From positions 11,470,001 to 11,534,000 of the forward strand of contig OU015567.1 in the NCBI GenBank assembly GCA_907165135.1: a stretch of 64,000 nt of DNA, in the 5' to 3' direction. Source of the DNA: Oikopleura dioica. Taxonomy: Eukaryota > Animalia > Chordata. A program made the translations under genes and the position numbers. The notes beneath the pieces were generated by a model. That model made no database searches. It saw nothing but the letters and a program-made list of their open reading frames with translations, and was not told the DNA's origin. Below, piece after piece: positions 1 to 13,601 of this stretch; position 1 is the first letter of the stretch; every line of letters starts with the position of its first letter.

Positions 1-1185
1 TCTGAAACGAAGGTCAAGAAATTGACGATTCAAAATACAAAACTCAAGAGGCATGACATGGCGTTCTGGGAATGATAGAGACACTCAATGAGAGATACAA
101 CAATATTACCATACCGAAGATATACTATCAAAACGAGTATCCGCAATGTTGCGCCGCGGGAAGCTGTACCGAGCAAAGGAATGGCTTTTACTTCGAGCAC
201 AAGATTTGCCCGAGAATAAAAACTTTCCAGTCGCGACTATTGAACATTCGTATCGACATATTTCCATTCACATCTAATAATTAGCGATGATGCAAGGTCG
301 GTGCATTAAATTCGACTTCACATCAACTGTAAATTTGCGTATTACTCGCCGTTTCTTTTAATGAATTTGATGAAAAGGAGCATTGTCTGACGCTTTTTCA
401 AGCACCTTGGAAATTAATGCTTCGACTTTTGATCACATTGAGAAAAAGATAAACATAAGAGAGCGAAATGGGAGAGAAACTTATTAAATTTAAAAAATGG
501 TGAGTCTGATCAATAGTAGACTTCCAAAATTGCACATGACGTAAACTTGTGTCAAGAAGAGCAAGGTTGAGCCATTGTCTTGAGACATGAAAGCGTACTT
601 TAAATCAATCTCCTCTGGACGTTTATCACTCAAGCGCACAGTATAAAAGCCAGTGAGCATCAGTACAATGGCCCTTCGTATATAATAAATTTAATTCAAT
701 AATTATTGAAATCGAAGAAGCGCTCCGAATTTCGTCACAGACCGAGACCAACTCACTTTTTTCAACGATTTTTTCGAAAACAGTTTAGAAGTTAATAACC
801 GTTAGGTTTTTTAGCTTTAGAAAAAAACAAGTCGAGAGAGTTATCTGCTTATCCGGAGGGGATGAATTCGGTAATTGGAGAATTGTTAATCTTAATCCTA
901 TTGACACTCGTTAGACCTTGCTAATTATGAATTTTTCAGTAGCCAAATAAGACCTCTAGACCTGAACTCTTTTAATTTCATCGCATTCAAGTCAAACCGT
1001 CAAGAGATGTGCTAGCTTTAGAGGTATTCAAGGTTGCCCCTCTCGAATATATACGTCGCCATTATTAAATATATTCACTCAATCACCTTGGTGAACCACT
1101 TTCCCATTCATCCGAAATCACTGAATGCTCCGAGCTCGGGCAAATGGGAAGAGAGATATTAACTTTGACTTAGAAAAAATGAGCA

Positions 1186-2862
1186 ATGGGAATGGGTCTA
1201 CCAAAGCATTGTTACAATGTTACCGTTTACGAAAGCCAAATGAGTGTTCCGGTGGACGAGTCGGTCCTCTACATCGCCACTGTCATCCTCCTACGTAAGT
1301 TATTGATAAAAACTACAGAAAGGAGTTTCCCTCTGTCTCCGAGCCAAGTTTAAGTTGCTTAAAATCGCCAAGGGAATAAGTTCTCAACATAAAAGCAAAC
1401 TCGTGGTGACCGCTTATTTGATTTTGCATAATTATCTAATCGTTCTTCAACGTCATGAATTATTGAACAAGAAACTTTTCAACGAGCTGATTCGGAAAAC
1501 AGGACGTTCCAAGCAATAGTTTCTTGCCGTAACGATGCTTATAATTAATTAAGTGATGCTGCTCTTCTCAGTAGTTGGCAATATCATCACACTGATGGCG
1601 ATCACCTTCGGCGACAGAATGCAAAACAAAGCAAACTGCTTTATCTTCTCACTAGCCATGTCCGACCTGCTCTCTGCCCTGGTATCCCCGGTCGGAATCT
1701 ACATTCGCACCTTCGGCTTCAATCCATACCGGTACAGTTTAAAAATACTGTATTTTCAAAGCAGCATGATATAATTTCGCGACTCGACTACTCCATTCTG
1801 CGATAACAATTTCCTTTGACCTCGTTTTCAACCTCTTTTTAGGTGGCCGCACCCGCTTTGCAATGTCTATTGGGCGATTGAAGAATCTACCTCATTCACT
1901 ACTTCGATCCACATTGCTTCATTCGCTGTTTTCCGCTACGTATCTGTTTGCTTGTCACGGGCTCAAACACTATGTTTATATTTTAAATTCACAAGGGCTT
2001 AAATTTGATCCCTTTCGGTAGCCTCATCGACTGTCTGCAGTGGACCGTCGCTGGGTGATTATTTATCTCATGACATTATGGACGATTTCCCTCACTTGCG
2101 GAATCTACATTTCTTCAAATTATCTCGGCGTGAAGACGGAAACGTCTGGCGAGTGCTGGCCTCAGTGCTCGTTATTGGATATTCCTGGCGCCGATGTAAG
2201 TTCTATAAATAAGAATTCGTTTTGAAAGAGCTTTTTGCTAGACTTTAAAGATGATGAGGACCTATCAAATGGCAACTTATCCAATTTTCTATTACCTGCC
2301 CTTTCTGGTCCTGGTCTTATCCTCCTGCTTCATTGGCAAACAACTGATACAGAGCTCGAGGAGATCCAAAAACTGGCGAAAGAATCGTCAAGCAGTTGTT
2401 CAACTCGCCTTAGTTGTCATTTCTTTCTTTATCGGATATCTGCCAAATATTCTTTATTTTCTGGAACGGGTCGAAATATTTCTTCGAAAAGAGTTTTGTG
2501 TAGCTTTCCTAGTGATTCACTTTCGATCCGGTCAAAAGACAACCGAGCATGGGAAGAAAGATGGATACCATGTTGATTACTGGATGAACTTGCTGTGTTA
2601 CGTCTGTTTGCGTCTTTCAGAATGCATGAACCCATTTTTGTACAATGTTGCGAGTACAAAGATGCGCCGGTCCTCGGTAAAACAAGAAATTAATTCAGTA
2701 ATCAATTCTTAGATCCGCGCTGTCGGAAAAACGCTCTTCTTTTGTTTCGGCTTTCGATGGTCACTCTGGGAAAAGTATGAAGACCAAATGATCGCCAGGG
2801 CTCAGCGCAAGTGCTCAATTACAACTGGCACGACTTCACTTTTGTTAAAGGATTTGAAATGA
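1186..2862 (+). CDS. Rhodopsin-like (class A) GPCR, multi-exon
   Basis: The spliced reading gives an N-terminal NVT glycosylation site, TM1 with GN (VVGNII), TM2 FSLAMSDLL, TM3 ending FRY, TM5/6 hydrophobic segments and TM7 CMNPFLY (NPxxY). GT-AG introns lie at about 1295-1553, 2196-2241 and 2677-2712. The stop is at 2860-2862, with AATAAA at about 2892. Confidence 0.85.
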
Positions 2863-3810
2863 GTCTAGCCATCCAAGCATGCCTTAGCAAGAATAAAAAG
2901 ATTAATCTCTAATCCTCATCAAGCATTCACGAAGAGTTAAGAACTTTGATGTGCGCCAAAGCCACTCAGATCCGTCTATTTTCTCGTCTGTTAATGACAA
3001 TAGAAGGTACGTCTGTGATTACTAAGAACGAGCCAAGCTTATTCATGCCAAAAATTTCATGTTCTATTCGAACGCACGCTTTTTGAGCAACGGGGAATCA
3101 TTTTATCGAATCCCGATTTTCGTCGAAAACAACGAGGACAACGTAAACTATTCAGTCTGACGCCCAACGACGAGCCAAATAAGCGACCTTCTTCGGCGCG
3201 TCATCACTTGGGCCTGCACGAAACTGGCTCTGACGATATCCCATTTAGTAGAACCAAGGATCTTCAAACGCACAGTAAGTCCTGTCGCGCGAGAAAGTCC
3301 TCCCGAGCTTGCGAAAATGGCTACGGATCATTGATGCCGGCCCCGACGGTTCTTTCAAATCGTACTTGTCATACGCTAGCGCCGCTGCACATACACAGAG
3401 GCCGTTCTCATTGCCCCAATTGCCAAAACAACTTGGTTCCTTCTTCATCCAACGAGTCCCTCAACTGACAGACTGTTGAGTAAGCTTTCTACTGTACCTA
3501 TACAACTTTCATTCGTCTCCTTTGCCATTCAACTTACAGTCAATTTGGCTCGAACAAAAGCTGACAAAGCGTAAAAATAAATTCTCTGGAAAACCTCAAT
3601 TTAATGAATGTCTACCAGACTAACGATAAACTGAGGCACGAAATAGCCGAGTTCGTACGTGATAGTTAAACGACTTCGGACTCCAGTTTGTCTCTTATTG
3701 GCCCAATCGATCTGACGTGGGTTAACTTTTCTGCCGTCGCTTGGCCCAAAAAGTGACACAAGCGAGCAAATCGGTTAATTTTATCAGAGATATACGCGAG
3801 ATATTGAAAA

Positions 3811-4807
3811 ATGGAGAATTTATTGAAGAAACTTATCATACAGAAGTCTTTCAGATCGCGTGTTGAAGATTTTAATATGTTCAACGTTTCAATGAGGTAA
3901 AACTTGATTCGAAAGAAATTCAGAAATTCAAATTTTTACAGCATCCAAATCTCTAAAAATGACAAAGAAGCAACGTACAATTTGACTAAAGATGGCTACT
4001 TTGAGATCAGCCAGATCTGCGCCGAGTTCAACCAGTTCCTCGTCTTCCCAAAGATACAAGAGCCTCCAGAAACGTGTCACACGTCCTGCCAGACAGATGC
4101 CGACATTCAGGTTTCAAAAGCAAGGCTAGAAAAACTCGACTTTGTGCCCAAATTCGAACCTGTTGATGATTACGGATACCAAGGAAATGATATTGAAATC
4201 ACGGAAATGGATGACGAAGAGTCGGATGAGGACGAGAATGATCCAAAGAGACCACGAATTGACGACATAGAAGAAATTGCAATGGGAGAAGAAGATGATG
4301 ATGATGACAACGAATTTGCTGGGGTAACAGCCGTATTTGACGAAAGTGATACCGAAGAGCAGCCAAGCACTGATGCCAGTGCTTCAAAAACTGCCAGACG
4401 TTCAGAAAGAGAGCGAAGAAAACCGACTCGATTCAACCTTCCAAAGCCTCAACCAAGGGTCCGCCAAGAAAAAAGAGAGGAAGTTTTCATAACAAGAATT
4501 GAAACACCAACTCAGGTACGACCTTCAAAGCATTTTTCTGATAACCAGTTTTATAACAACACAAATTTAGATAATCGACGTACCTCCGTCAATGTCTGCG
4601 CCGATAACTGTTCATTTACGAAGATCGAAGCGGCGTTGTGCTGAATGCATGCCTAAAAGAACAAGATGCAGAGTATTTTGTGACAATTGTAACAGTGCAA
4701 TCTGTAAGGAGCATCGATACATCATCTGCAGATCATGTGGAGAGAGACTTCTTCAAAGTACGCCAAATAGAGTTTATCAAATGAAACCGTTGAACAAACT
4801 TCAATAA
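3811..4807 (+). CDS. Acidic low-complexity protein with a C-terminal piggyBac-type cysteine-rich (C7H) zinc finger
   Basis: ORF 3904-4515 splices in phase 0 (GT 4516 to AG 4570) into the frame encoding RRCAECMPKRTRCRVFCDNCNSAICKEHRYIICRSC, i.e. C-x2-C-x10-C-x2-C-x4-C-x2-H-x4-C-x2-C. The start is uncertain and extra upstream exons are possible. Confidence 0.65.
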
Positions 4808-5040
4808 ATAAAAATAAAGGTTGCAAATAAAAAAAACTTTTTCTCTTGAAAAAATAAACATGCATAGTCAAATATAGCGTCTTCAAAGTCTTTCGTTTGA
4901 TAATTGGAAAGTAATTGGTAGAAATGTTTAGTCCCGTTGCTTGGTTGCACTATTTGCTTTTCAACAAAAATACAATTGAAATCGTCTTCTCTACTTTTTT
5001 TCTTTCAATTGTCCTCAAGAAAGAAACTAAAAATATCAAA

Positions 5041-8000
5041 ATGGTAGTTTTTGAGGACTACGACACAGGGTCAAAAAAGTACTTGACAGCAAATGACCTA
5101 CTGAGAGCTTATCAGAAGATTTACAGAGAATCATCAAATAATGCACAGGCAGAAGCAGTCATCGCTACTTTTCCGAATAAAAAGCTGACAAAGGAACATT
5201 TCAAAGCCGCTCTAGAAGAACTGGATAGAAGGCATTGTATGGAACAGTCGATTTACTGGGATTATCAAAGTCTGTCTCGTTATAGCGATCGGGAAATTTC
5301 ACCTATTGAGGCTACGACACTTTGCCAGTTGGCGCATGGCGACAGTTTTTCTCCTGATGAGTGGGAAATGTTTCTGGCAAATCGAGTCCAGGGCAAGAGT
5401 GCTCCACTTTCTTGGAATGATTTGCGAGTTCATCTCTGCACTATTCCGGGAAAATCGGGTCAGAAGCGGACAAAACCAACACTTCTTTCAGACGCGAAAA
5501 AAATCAAGCTCCAACTTGAAGATGATGAGATCAAAAGAGCGCAAGCAAAGGGAAAGGCCCAAGCGGAAGCTCAGATGGAAAATCTTCAGTTAGAAATCGA
5601 ATATGAAAACAAACGGCTGAAAGAAATCTACAAGAAATATGGTGCAATCGCTGTCATTTTCGACGACGGAGGAGACGGCTCCAGCTTCACAGCCATTCCC
5701 AAGAAACAGGTGGAGCCAGAACCCGTCTATGATCTGGACTGGATCCGTCGACAAATGTCTGAAGAAGAATGGAGAAAGCTTAGTGAGAAAGAGCGCCAGA
5801 GACTTCTGATGGAGGCAAAACTTCTTGAAAGAATGCTTAGGCGAGAAATGTACGGTGAAGATTGGCAAAGGCGTTTGAGAGAACTTGGTGATGATGAAGA
5901 AGCACGGCGAAGATTACTCGAAGGTAACATAAATTGTCAAAAAAAATGAAAGGAACTCTTTAAGAACAACGTCGAAAAATGGAAAGAATGCTCGCTTTGA
6001 GACTTCTCAACAAGAAGAAAAACGAAAATGAAGGCGACGATGTCGACGACGACATCATATTTGACGTCCCAGTCGAATGGTTCGATGAAGGGGACGAAAA
6101 TCTCGCTAAAATCGAAGAAGATTATTGTGTTGACTGGGTAAAACGGCAAATGGATGAAGAAGAATGGAGAAAACTTTCAGAGCAGGAGAGGCAGCGACTT
6201 ATTGCTCTGGCAAAATTAGAGCAGCGTAAACTAAGACGAGAAATGTATGGAGATGACTGGTTGAGGTACCTGGCTTCTCTCCGTGATCAAGAAGCAATTG
6301 ACGAGGCTAAGAGGAGACAAAAAGAAGAATTCGATCGACTTTTGAAAGCAAGATTACTCAGAAAAGGAGATAAAACTGAGGAGGAGCTTCAAAAAGAGGT
6401 GGAGGAGTTGATAGAAGAGGAGCTGGAAAACAAAGTTGAGGAAGAGTATGATGTCGACTGGGTAAAGCGACAACTTGATGAGGAAAAGTTCGATAAAATA
6501 AGTTATAACCGCTATTAACTTACCAAGAAAGTAATTTTGTATTCTTGAGAACTGATAATTGAACTTGAAATCAAGGAAGAGTGGCGAAAACTCAACGAGC
6601 GGGAGCGAAATCGAATCATGACAAAACACCGCGTAGCTCGATTGAAACTCATGAAAGAAATGTTTGGCGATGATTTCAAGATGCGGCTCAAACAGCTTGG
6701 CGACGACGAAGACGCTCGACGAAGACTCATGGAAGAACAACGGCGACTCTTTGAGGAAAAACTGGCGGCAAAGTTAAAAATGAAAAAGCCTAAGAAGCTT
6801 GAAGAAGTTGAAGATGCAGATATTTCGGAAAAAGATCTTGAGAAATTTTCAGCAGATTGGTTGCTCAAACAAATGGGTGAAGATGAGTGGAATAAACTTT
6901 CTGAGCAGGAGCGACAAAGGATGATTGCACTCGCAAAACTTGAAGCCAAAAAAGCCCAAAAAGAATTCTACGGCGATGAGTGGCTTAGGAAAGGTTTTTT
7001 TCTTTTCCGCTGGAAATCATAAAATTTTCAATATTTTTGCTGTCGCGTCCTTACGCTTAGACGCTTAGAGAAAAAAACCTAACCATAAGACGCCTTAAAG
7101 AAATCGAAGGAGACGAAAACGCCATGAAAAAGCTACGAGATGAGCAGAGAAAAGCCTTCAATGCTCGACTGGCAGCTGCTTTACTTGCCGCAAAGAAACG
7201 TCCTGAATTGCCAGAAAAAGAACCTCGCTCTCTTCTTGATGTCGAAGACAAGATCGTTGATGAAGAGAAGATGGAGGAATTTTCTGCTGATTGGGTTCAA
7301 CAACAAATGAGTGAAGCCGAGTGGAAGAAACTTTCAGAACAAGAGCGACAGCGACTCATTGCCATAGCGAAGCTCGAACAGAAAAAGCTTCAGAAAGAAA
7401 TGTACGCCGACGATTATCTGAAAGCAATGGAGTCACTCGAGGGCGATGAAAATGCGATGAAGAAACTCCGCGACGATCAACGAAACGCTTTTGATGCTCG
7501 TCTTGCCGCGGCTCTTTTAGCGGTTAAAAATCGACCGGAATCCCCTGAGCCAGAATCTCTCCTTGAAGTCCAAGAAAAAATCGTCGACGATGAAAAACTT
7601 GAGCAATTTTCTGCGGACTGGGTAAAGCAGCAAATGAACGAGACTGAATGGAAGCAGTTGTCGGAGCAAGAACGACAACGACTCATCGCCATTGCAAAAT
7701 TAGAGCAAAAAAAGCTTCAAAAAGAAATCTATGGAGATGATTACCTGAAAGCCATGAAATTGCTTGAAGGTGACGAGGAAGCCACGAAAAAGCTCCAAGA
7801 AGAGCAACGCAAGAATTTCGATACTAGACTGGCAGCAGCATTAGCTGCGGCGAGGAGACCAAAAGTTGAGAAGTTAGATGAAATCCAAGAATTGTCCGCA
7901 GAAGAACTCCCACCCGAGAAAGTTGAACAATTTTGTGCCGACTGGGTCAAGGATGAAATGGACGCTGCCGAATGGAAGAAACTATCTGAACAAGAGCGAC

Positions 8001-11000
8001 AAAAACTTATTGCCCTGGCGAAACTCGAGCAGAAAAAACTTCAGAAGGAAATCTACGGTGACGACTTTACCATGAAACTGAAGCAGTTAGAAGGTGATGA
8101 AGCCGCAATTAAAGCGCTAAGAGAAGAGCAAAGAACAAAATTTAATGCTCTTTTGGCTGCTAGAGTTCTGAAAAAAGAAAAACCGATTCTGGTTCAAGTT
8201 CTTGATGAAAAAATAAGGATAGTTTCTCAATTTGGAGATGAATACAAGAAACAAGTTGCATCTCAGGCGGAAATCGTCAAGACTCTGGATGAAAATGACG
8301 AGGGCGTGCTTTTTGCTGCTACCTTGAATCTTTTGCAAGTTGCGATCGCGATTGACGGTGCTGAAACATCTGCTATTGATCAGATTCCTCTCCAAGGACC
8401 TACTATCGAATCCCTCAAACTAGTCAGTAGACCAAAAGACGAGCAAAAAATTGGCAGTATCGAGAAGTACACATCCTTCAAGGGTTGGGATAAGCTTCAT
8501 CCTTTCTTCGCGAAGAATCTTGAGCTCATCAATGTCTACTCGTTAGCCCTTCAAGAAGCTCAGTTCGTTTATGACGACGAAAAGGTCAAATTAGGAGCAC
8601 AGGAGTTCAGAAACTATCCAAATTTTTGGCTTAGATCCAGAGAATACCAGATCTTTCATCAATTTGAAGAAGGCAAGGATGATCGATTTGTTAAACGATC
8701 TCTCCGAGAAGTAATTGCACTAAAAACTGTCATCGATGACGATTTCTCGCTGGAGAAATTCCAAGTTTTACTTGGTCGATATTTCTACCGAAATCTTGAA
8801 TCACCAGAATCAGTCGAAAAAGTCATCAAAGAAAAAAATTTGCGATTTATGCTCGGTGCTCTCCTCCTTGATTTCACTGAGCTCTTCGAAAAATCTCCAG
8901 AAAATCGATCTCTTCGTAAACATATTGTTGAAAAATATAGCAGCATGAGAGACCGAGCATTGATGGTCATCGCTCGTGGCGATCCTCAACAGGGACTTAG
9001 GCCAGTTTCTGAAGCAAGAGTTGAAGTTGATAAGATGAAAAAAGAACTTGAAGCGACATTCTATGAGCGGAAGGCAATGGCTAAATATATGAAATCCCGG
9101 GGTTTTGCCTACTCTTCCCCTCCAGAAAAAGCCTTTGGACCGAATCTTGCGAGATCATATGACAGTGTCTTGACATCAACAACAGTAATCAAGGACGAGG
9201 AGATTATTCCAGAGTCAGATCTCAGTGATACTTTTGATTTGTACTTCGTTCTTTATCAATATGAGCAAATGGAAATTGCATTCCACATTCTTCATGAAAA
9301 CAAACAGAATCCATCAAACGAAGAAACTCTATGGCAGAAAAACGAGAAAGAACGCCTCGATCTTATCTCAGAATTTATCGAGGCCATCCATACTTCACAG
9401 CTTTCTGTACGATCCCGTCAAAGAGCAATTCTAGATGGCAAAGAAATCAAGCAGGATCGTCAGCGATACATTCAACTTGCTCGTCTTGTCCTCGCGCAAA
9501 AGGAGTCAAGAAAAGTCCTCAAAGATCAAAGTGCACCGAAAGACAGCAATTCTTCAGCTTGGCTCTCGTTTGGAGATAATGTGATTCTGCGAATGCTTCA
9601 AAACGCGAAAGCCATTGTCACTAAGATTCTCAACGATTCCTTTCAAGAAGAGCTGCGGGATTTTTGCATGCTCATGCCGGAAGCTGATCGAGCCCAAGAG
9701 ATTATCAAAACGAATGAAGAACGAGCTAAAATTGATCCTACACATGCTTCCGCAAAGATCGACAATAACTCTTTGATTCAGAAGGGCTTGGCACTGGTGT
9801 ACGCTAACAAAATGCACCTCGCAATAAAGCTCGGCGCAAGTGAAATGAACTCATCAGACATTTGCGCCGCTATTCTCGCGGAGCTTTTGGAAGAATTTGA
9901 CAACTTCCGCGAAAGCGAATGGAAAGTTCACTCAAAAGCAACAGCTTTGGAGCTAGAAAAGCGGCTCAATACCGAGATTGAAGCTGGAACGTCTGAGGAA
10001 ATCTGGAAACTCATTTCTGGAAAAACCTCCGTAGCGAGAGCAGAAGTCGACGCTGAACACGATGAAGTTGTCGACAAAAAGAGAGACGACATTATCGCAG
10101 CTGCCCTGCTCAAAAGTGTTGGCCAGCAAGAGTGGCAACGGATGAGCGAGAAAGACCGCCAAATGAAAATTCTCGAGATGAAGAGGCTCCAACGCCAGAA
10201 TGAAAAAGAATCTGTTGGCTTTTCATCAAAGAAACTAATGGAAGACTTCAACGGAAACGAAGAAGCATACAGAAAATACAAAGAATCTGAGAAAGCGAAA
10301 TCTAATCAAGCTTTGGATGCAAAAATTGCTGCTCTGAAAGCAAAGAAAGCGGCAGAAACTGATGCCAAAAAGCAGGCTGAAGCAGAGGAAGAAATCGAAA
10401 AACTCACAACTCTGAAACGATCGTTATCTGATCTTCAAAAGGTCGAGCTTGATGCAGACAAAGAAAAACTGGCAATCATGGCTTTCCTGGAATCCTCTGA
10501 TGGCAAAATGTCACAGGAAAAGATGAGACAGATGGCTTCTTTAAAACTACGCATGCAGAAGAAACAATTGGCAAACGGGGAAATCGAAGATACGGCAATC
10601 TGGATTAGATCTACAGACGACAAATCTGCTGCCGGGGCCGCAGCAGAAAAGCAGAGACAAAAAGAACTCGCAAAAGCTCGACTTGCGGCGCTAAAAGCTG
10701 GCCGAATCCAGAAATCGGAAGAGCCAGTTGACCAAAATGCATCTAAAGAAGATCAGCTGGCTGCTCTTTTAGAAAACATGCAGAAAGAGGAGCTGGCATT
10801 TGTTTACGCCAGAATCGAATGCAAGAAATACAAGTCACTTGGCTCTGATAGAATCGAGCTCTTGTCAAAACTTGATGCTACGAACGATGTCGAAAAGGCA
10901 ATAGACATCCGTCTTGCTTTGATTGCTCTGACAAATGAAGAACCAGATGTTGAACTCATTCGTCTCCTTGCTGAAGAACAGAAGAAAGTATCTTATGAAG

Positions 11001-13419
11001 CTCTGAATAGGGACTCAAGAGGTGACTTTGAAGACTTATTGGAAGATGTGAAGATGAAGTCCGTTCGCAATGTCGCGTTTTGCGTCGGAAGCGACGAAGA
11101 AGTTGAGCGTGAGTTGGCTAGCAAATATAGGGCTGTCAAACGACAGGCTTCACGAAACGCAATCAAGGAAGAAATTTCTGATGCTGTCTGGGATGAATTA
11201 GATAAAAAAGAACAGGTATATTTTGAATGCTCCCATTGAAAGAAACTGTTAATGCGCATATAAAAATTGGTTTATAGCGCCTTGCTAATGTTAGAAAATT
11301 GTTTGTCATAAAGGTATTTAGTTTGAGTGCGAATATTTGACCTCAAAATCTGCATTCTAATTTTTAAAACTATAACTCATACTCTATCTACATCTGGAAT
11401 CGCAGAGTAAAATATATTTTTCGATCGAATGTTTCTGAACCGAAAAGTTATTAACCTATTTCAGGAAAAACTCATTGACGAAATCGCATCTTCTGATGAC
11501 ATCGACGCAGCGATCAAAAATCATAAGCGAATCGCCGAACTCTCCATGAAGGCCAAGAAAGAAGACTTGAAAACAGAAGCAGAGAAGCAAGAAAGCGCTA
11601 AGAAGAGAAAGAACGTTTTGGATGACTTGAGTAAAAATTACGATCGTGAACTCCAAGGAATCCTTGCAGCGGCGGATCAGCAAGCTGACCGTCAAAAAGC
11701 AGAGAAAGCTCGTCAATTAAAAATTGCAATGATCAGGAAAGAGAGAAAACAAATCGAAAAAGAAAATAAGACCGAGGAAATCGGAGCTTTTGTACGAGAA
11801 ATGACCATGGCTACAGCGAATACAGAAAAACGCGTAAATGACGAGCGAAAAAGACAGCAAGAACGCCAAAAAGAAAAACTCGCCGCAATGAAACGAAAGC
11901 GTCAGACGATGACGGAAAAGGCGAAAGAAGAACAGATTCAACAGGAAATCGAGAGCTTTTTTGACAAAAATGAAATTGAAAACAATATTTCCGATGTAGA
12001 CAGTTTCACTGAAGATACATTATTTGACCAAGTTCTGACAGGTAGACCTTTTTCATACGATCATAATACTACATGATTTTAGCGATGACGAGTTTACACT
12101 CCAGTGAAATAAGCGCCCTTCACACACTCATAGTCACTGCTACAGACAACAAAGATGCCCTTGCTGACGCTGAGGCAATGGATCTAAAAAAACTTGAGAA
12201 AAAGCTCTCTGGTGGCAGCAGTTCTTATTTCAAGCGTCGACTCGAGTACTACAATATTCACCTCGACGAGCCACTTCCTGAACACATGATCCCATCGAAA
12301 CAAGTCGAGCAGAAGACCTTGCTTACAAAGGCCATGATTCTCCGCTTCGTTAAGTTTAACAAAGAAAAAAACATTTCCAAAACCTCTGAGTCGCTGGACG
12401 CATATGAAGAAGCGACAATATATCTAAGCTCTGAGTTGACAACACGGCAAGCTCTTGAATTGAAGAATTTCGAGTCAATGCTTGAAGACCTTGAGGACCC
12501 GGTACTCAAGGAAGTGATCAAGCTTCTTAAGCGGGCGAAAAACGAGTTCTGGTCGCCCAACATCACTTCAGTCATGTTTTACCCCCCAATGACGAAGGAA
12601 GACGGACCCGCTCTGGCGCAAGCGTGGATAAATCAAGCTAAAAAGAGATGCTCAGGTAAATTTTCAGTCAGTAAAATAGATTTTCAATTCCACATTCAGG
12701 AGCTGCAGCAGGAATACTCATCGACCAAAAAATATCACAAAAACGCAAAGACGATCGAGCGACGGAAAACATCTTGACACGCCAACACACGATCATTCAA
12801 ACGAATATCACTCCTGAAGAAGAAAAGGCTATGCTCGAACAATTCCAGCAAAATATGCTCAAGAGGCAATCGACCATCGTTGAAAGCAGAAAGTCGCAAA
12901 TGCAAAAGATTCTTGAGAGAAAGAGCCAACTCAAGGAGAAGCAGCAAGAGAGAAAAGCTGCAGAGGTTGAGAAAGCGCTTCTTGCAATGGATCGGGAGAA
13001 GACAATGATGATCAATACAAGAAAAAGTCAATCAACTGGGCTTGAAAATCGACTGGATACACTCAGATTGGAGAGAACAATGACCCAGGCAAGGAAATCC
13101 CAGGGAGGATTGAACTTTGCCAACCAAGGTAAATTATCCTTTAGACAGGGGTGACAATGATTATTTAGCGAACGAGGGTGATGACATGGAAGATCTTGCG
13201 CAAAAACTCCAAGCAACAGGTAAAACAGTGGGTTTTTAAACGATAACTACAAAGTTCAAAGCAACAATCGAGCGACAAGACACAAATGAGCTGCTACTTG
13301 AAATCAACAACTCGGAAAATGCAACTACACCCGCTGAAGAAGAAACTCAAGGCGACTCACTCACAATGATGCGCGAAAGGACCATGATGCGAAAAAGCAA
13401 GAAAAAGGCTAAAGAGTAG
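5041..13419 (+). CDS. Very large coiled-coil protein with an N-terminal EF-hand-like motif and at least 7 tandem W-rich helical repeats
   Basis: ATG 5041 (VFEDYDTGSKKYLTANDL, EF-like). ORFs 4915-5949, 5979-6518, 6618-7022, 7124-11239, 11429-12076, 12073-12777 and 12774-13154 join through short introns. The stop is at 13417-13419, with AATAAA at about 13472. Confidence 0.8.
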
Positions 13420-13601
13420 ATTCAAACATGTTCATAAAATTCTTTCTTCAATTTTTTCATTTATTCATTGCAATAAAAAGCCATTCATTCTAAATATTGA
13501 TCATATTTATTACAAAAATAACAACTTCAAAATCAAAAATAGGCATCAGGATTTTGGCAACTCGTTCAGGATTGAATGATGCTTCGTAAATCTAAAACAT
13601 G

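Noticed and set aside
3715-3724. GGG-TTAA as a piggyBac terminus for the CRD gene
   Set aside because: It is on the wrong side of the gene and no matching TTAA-CCC partner was found.
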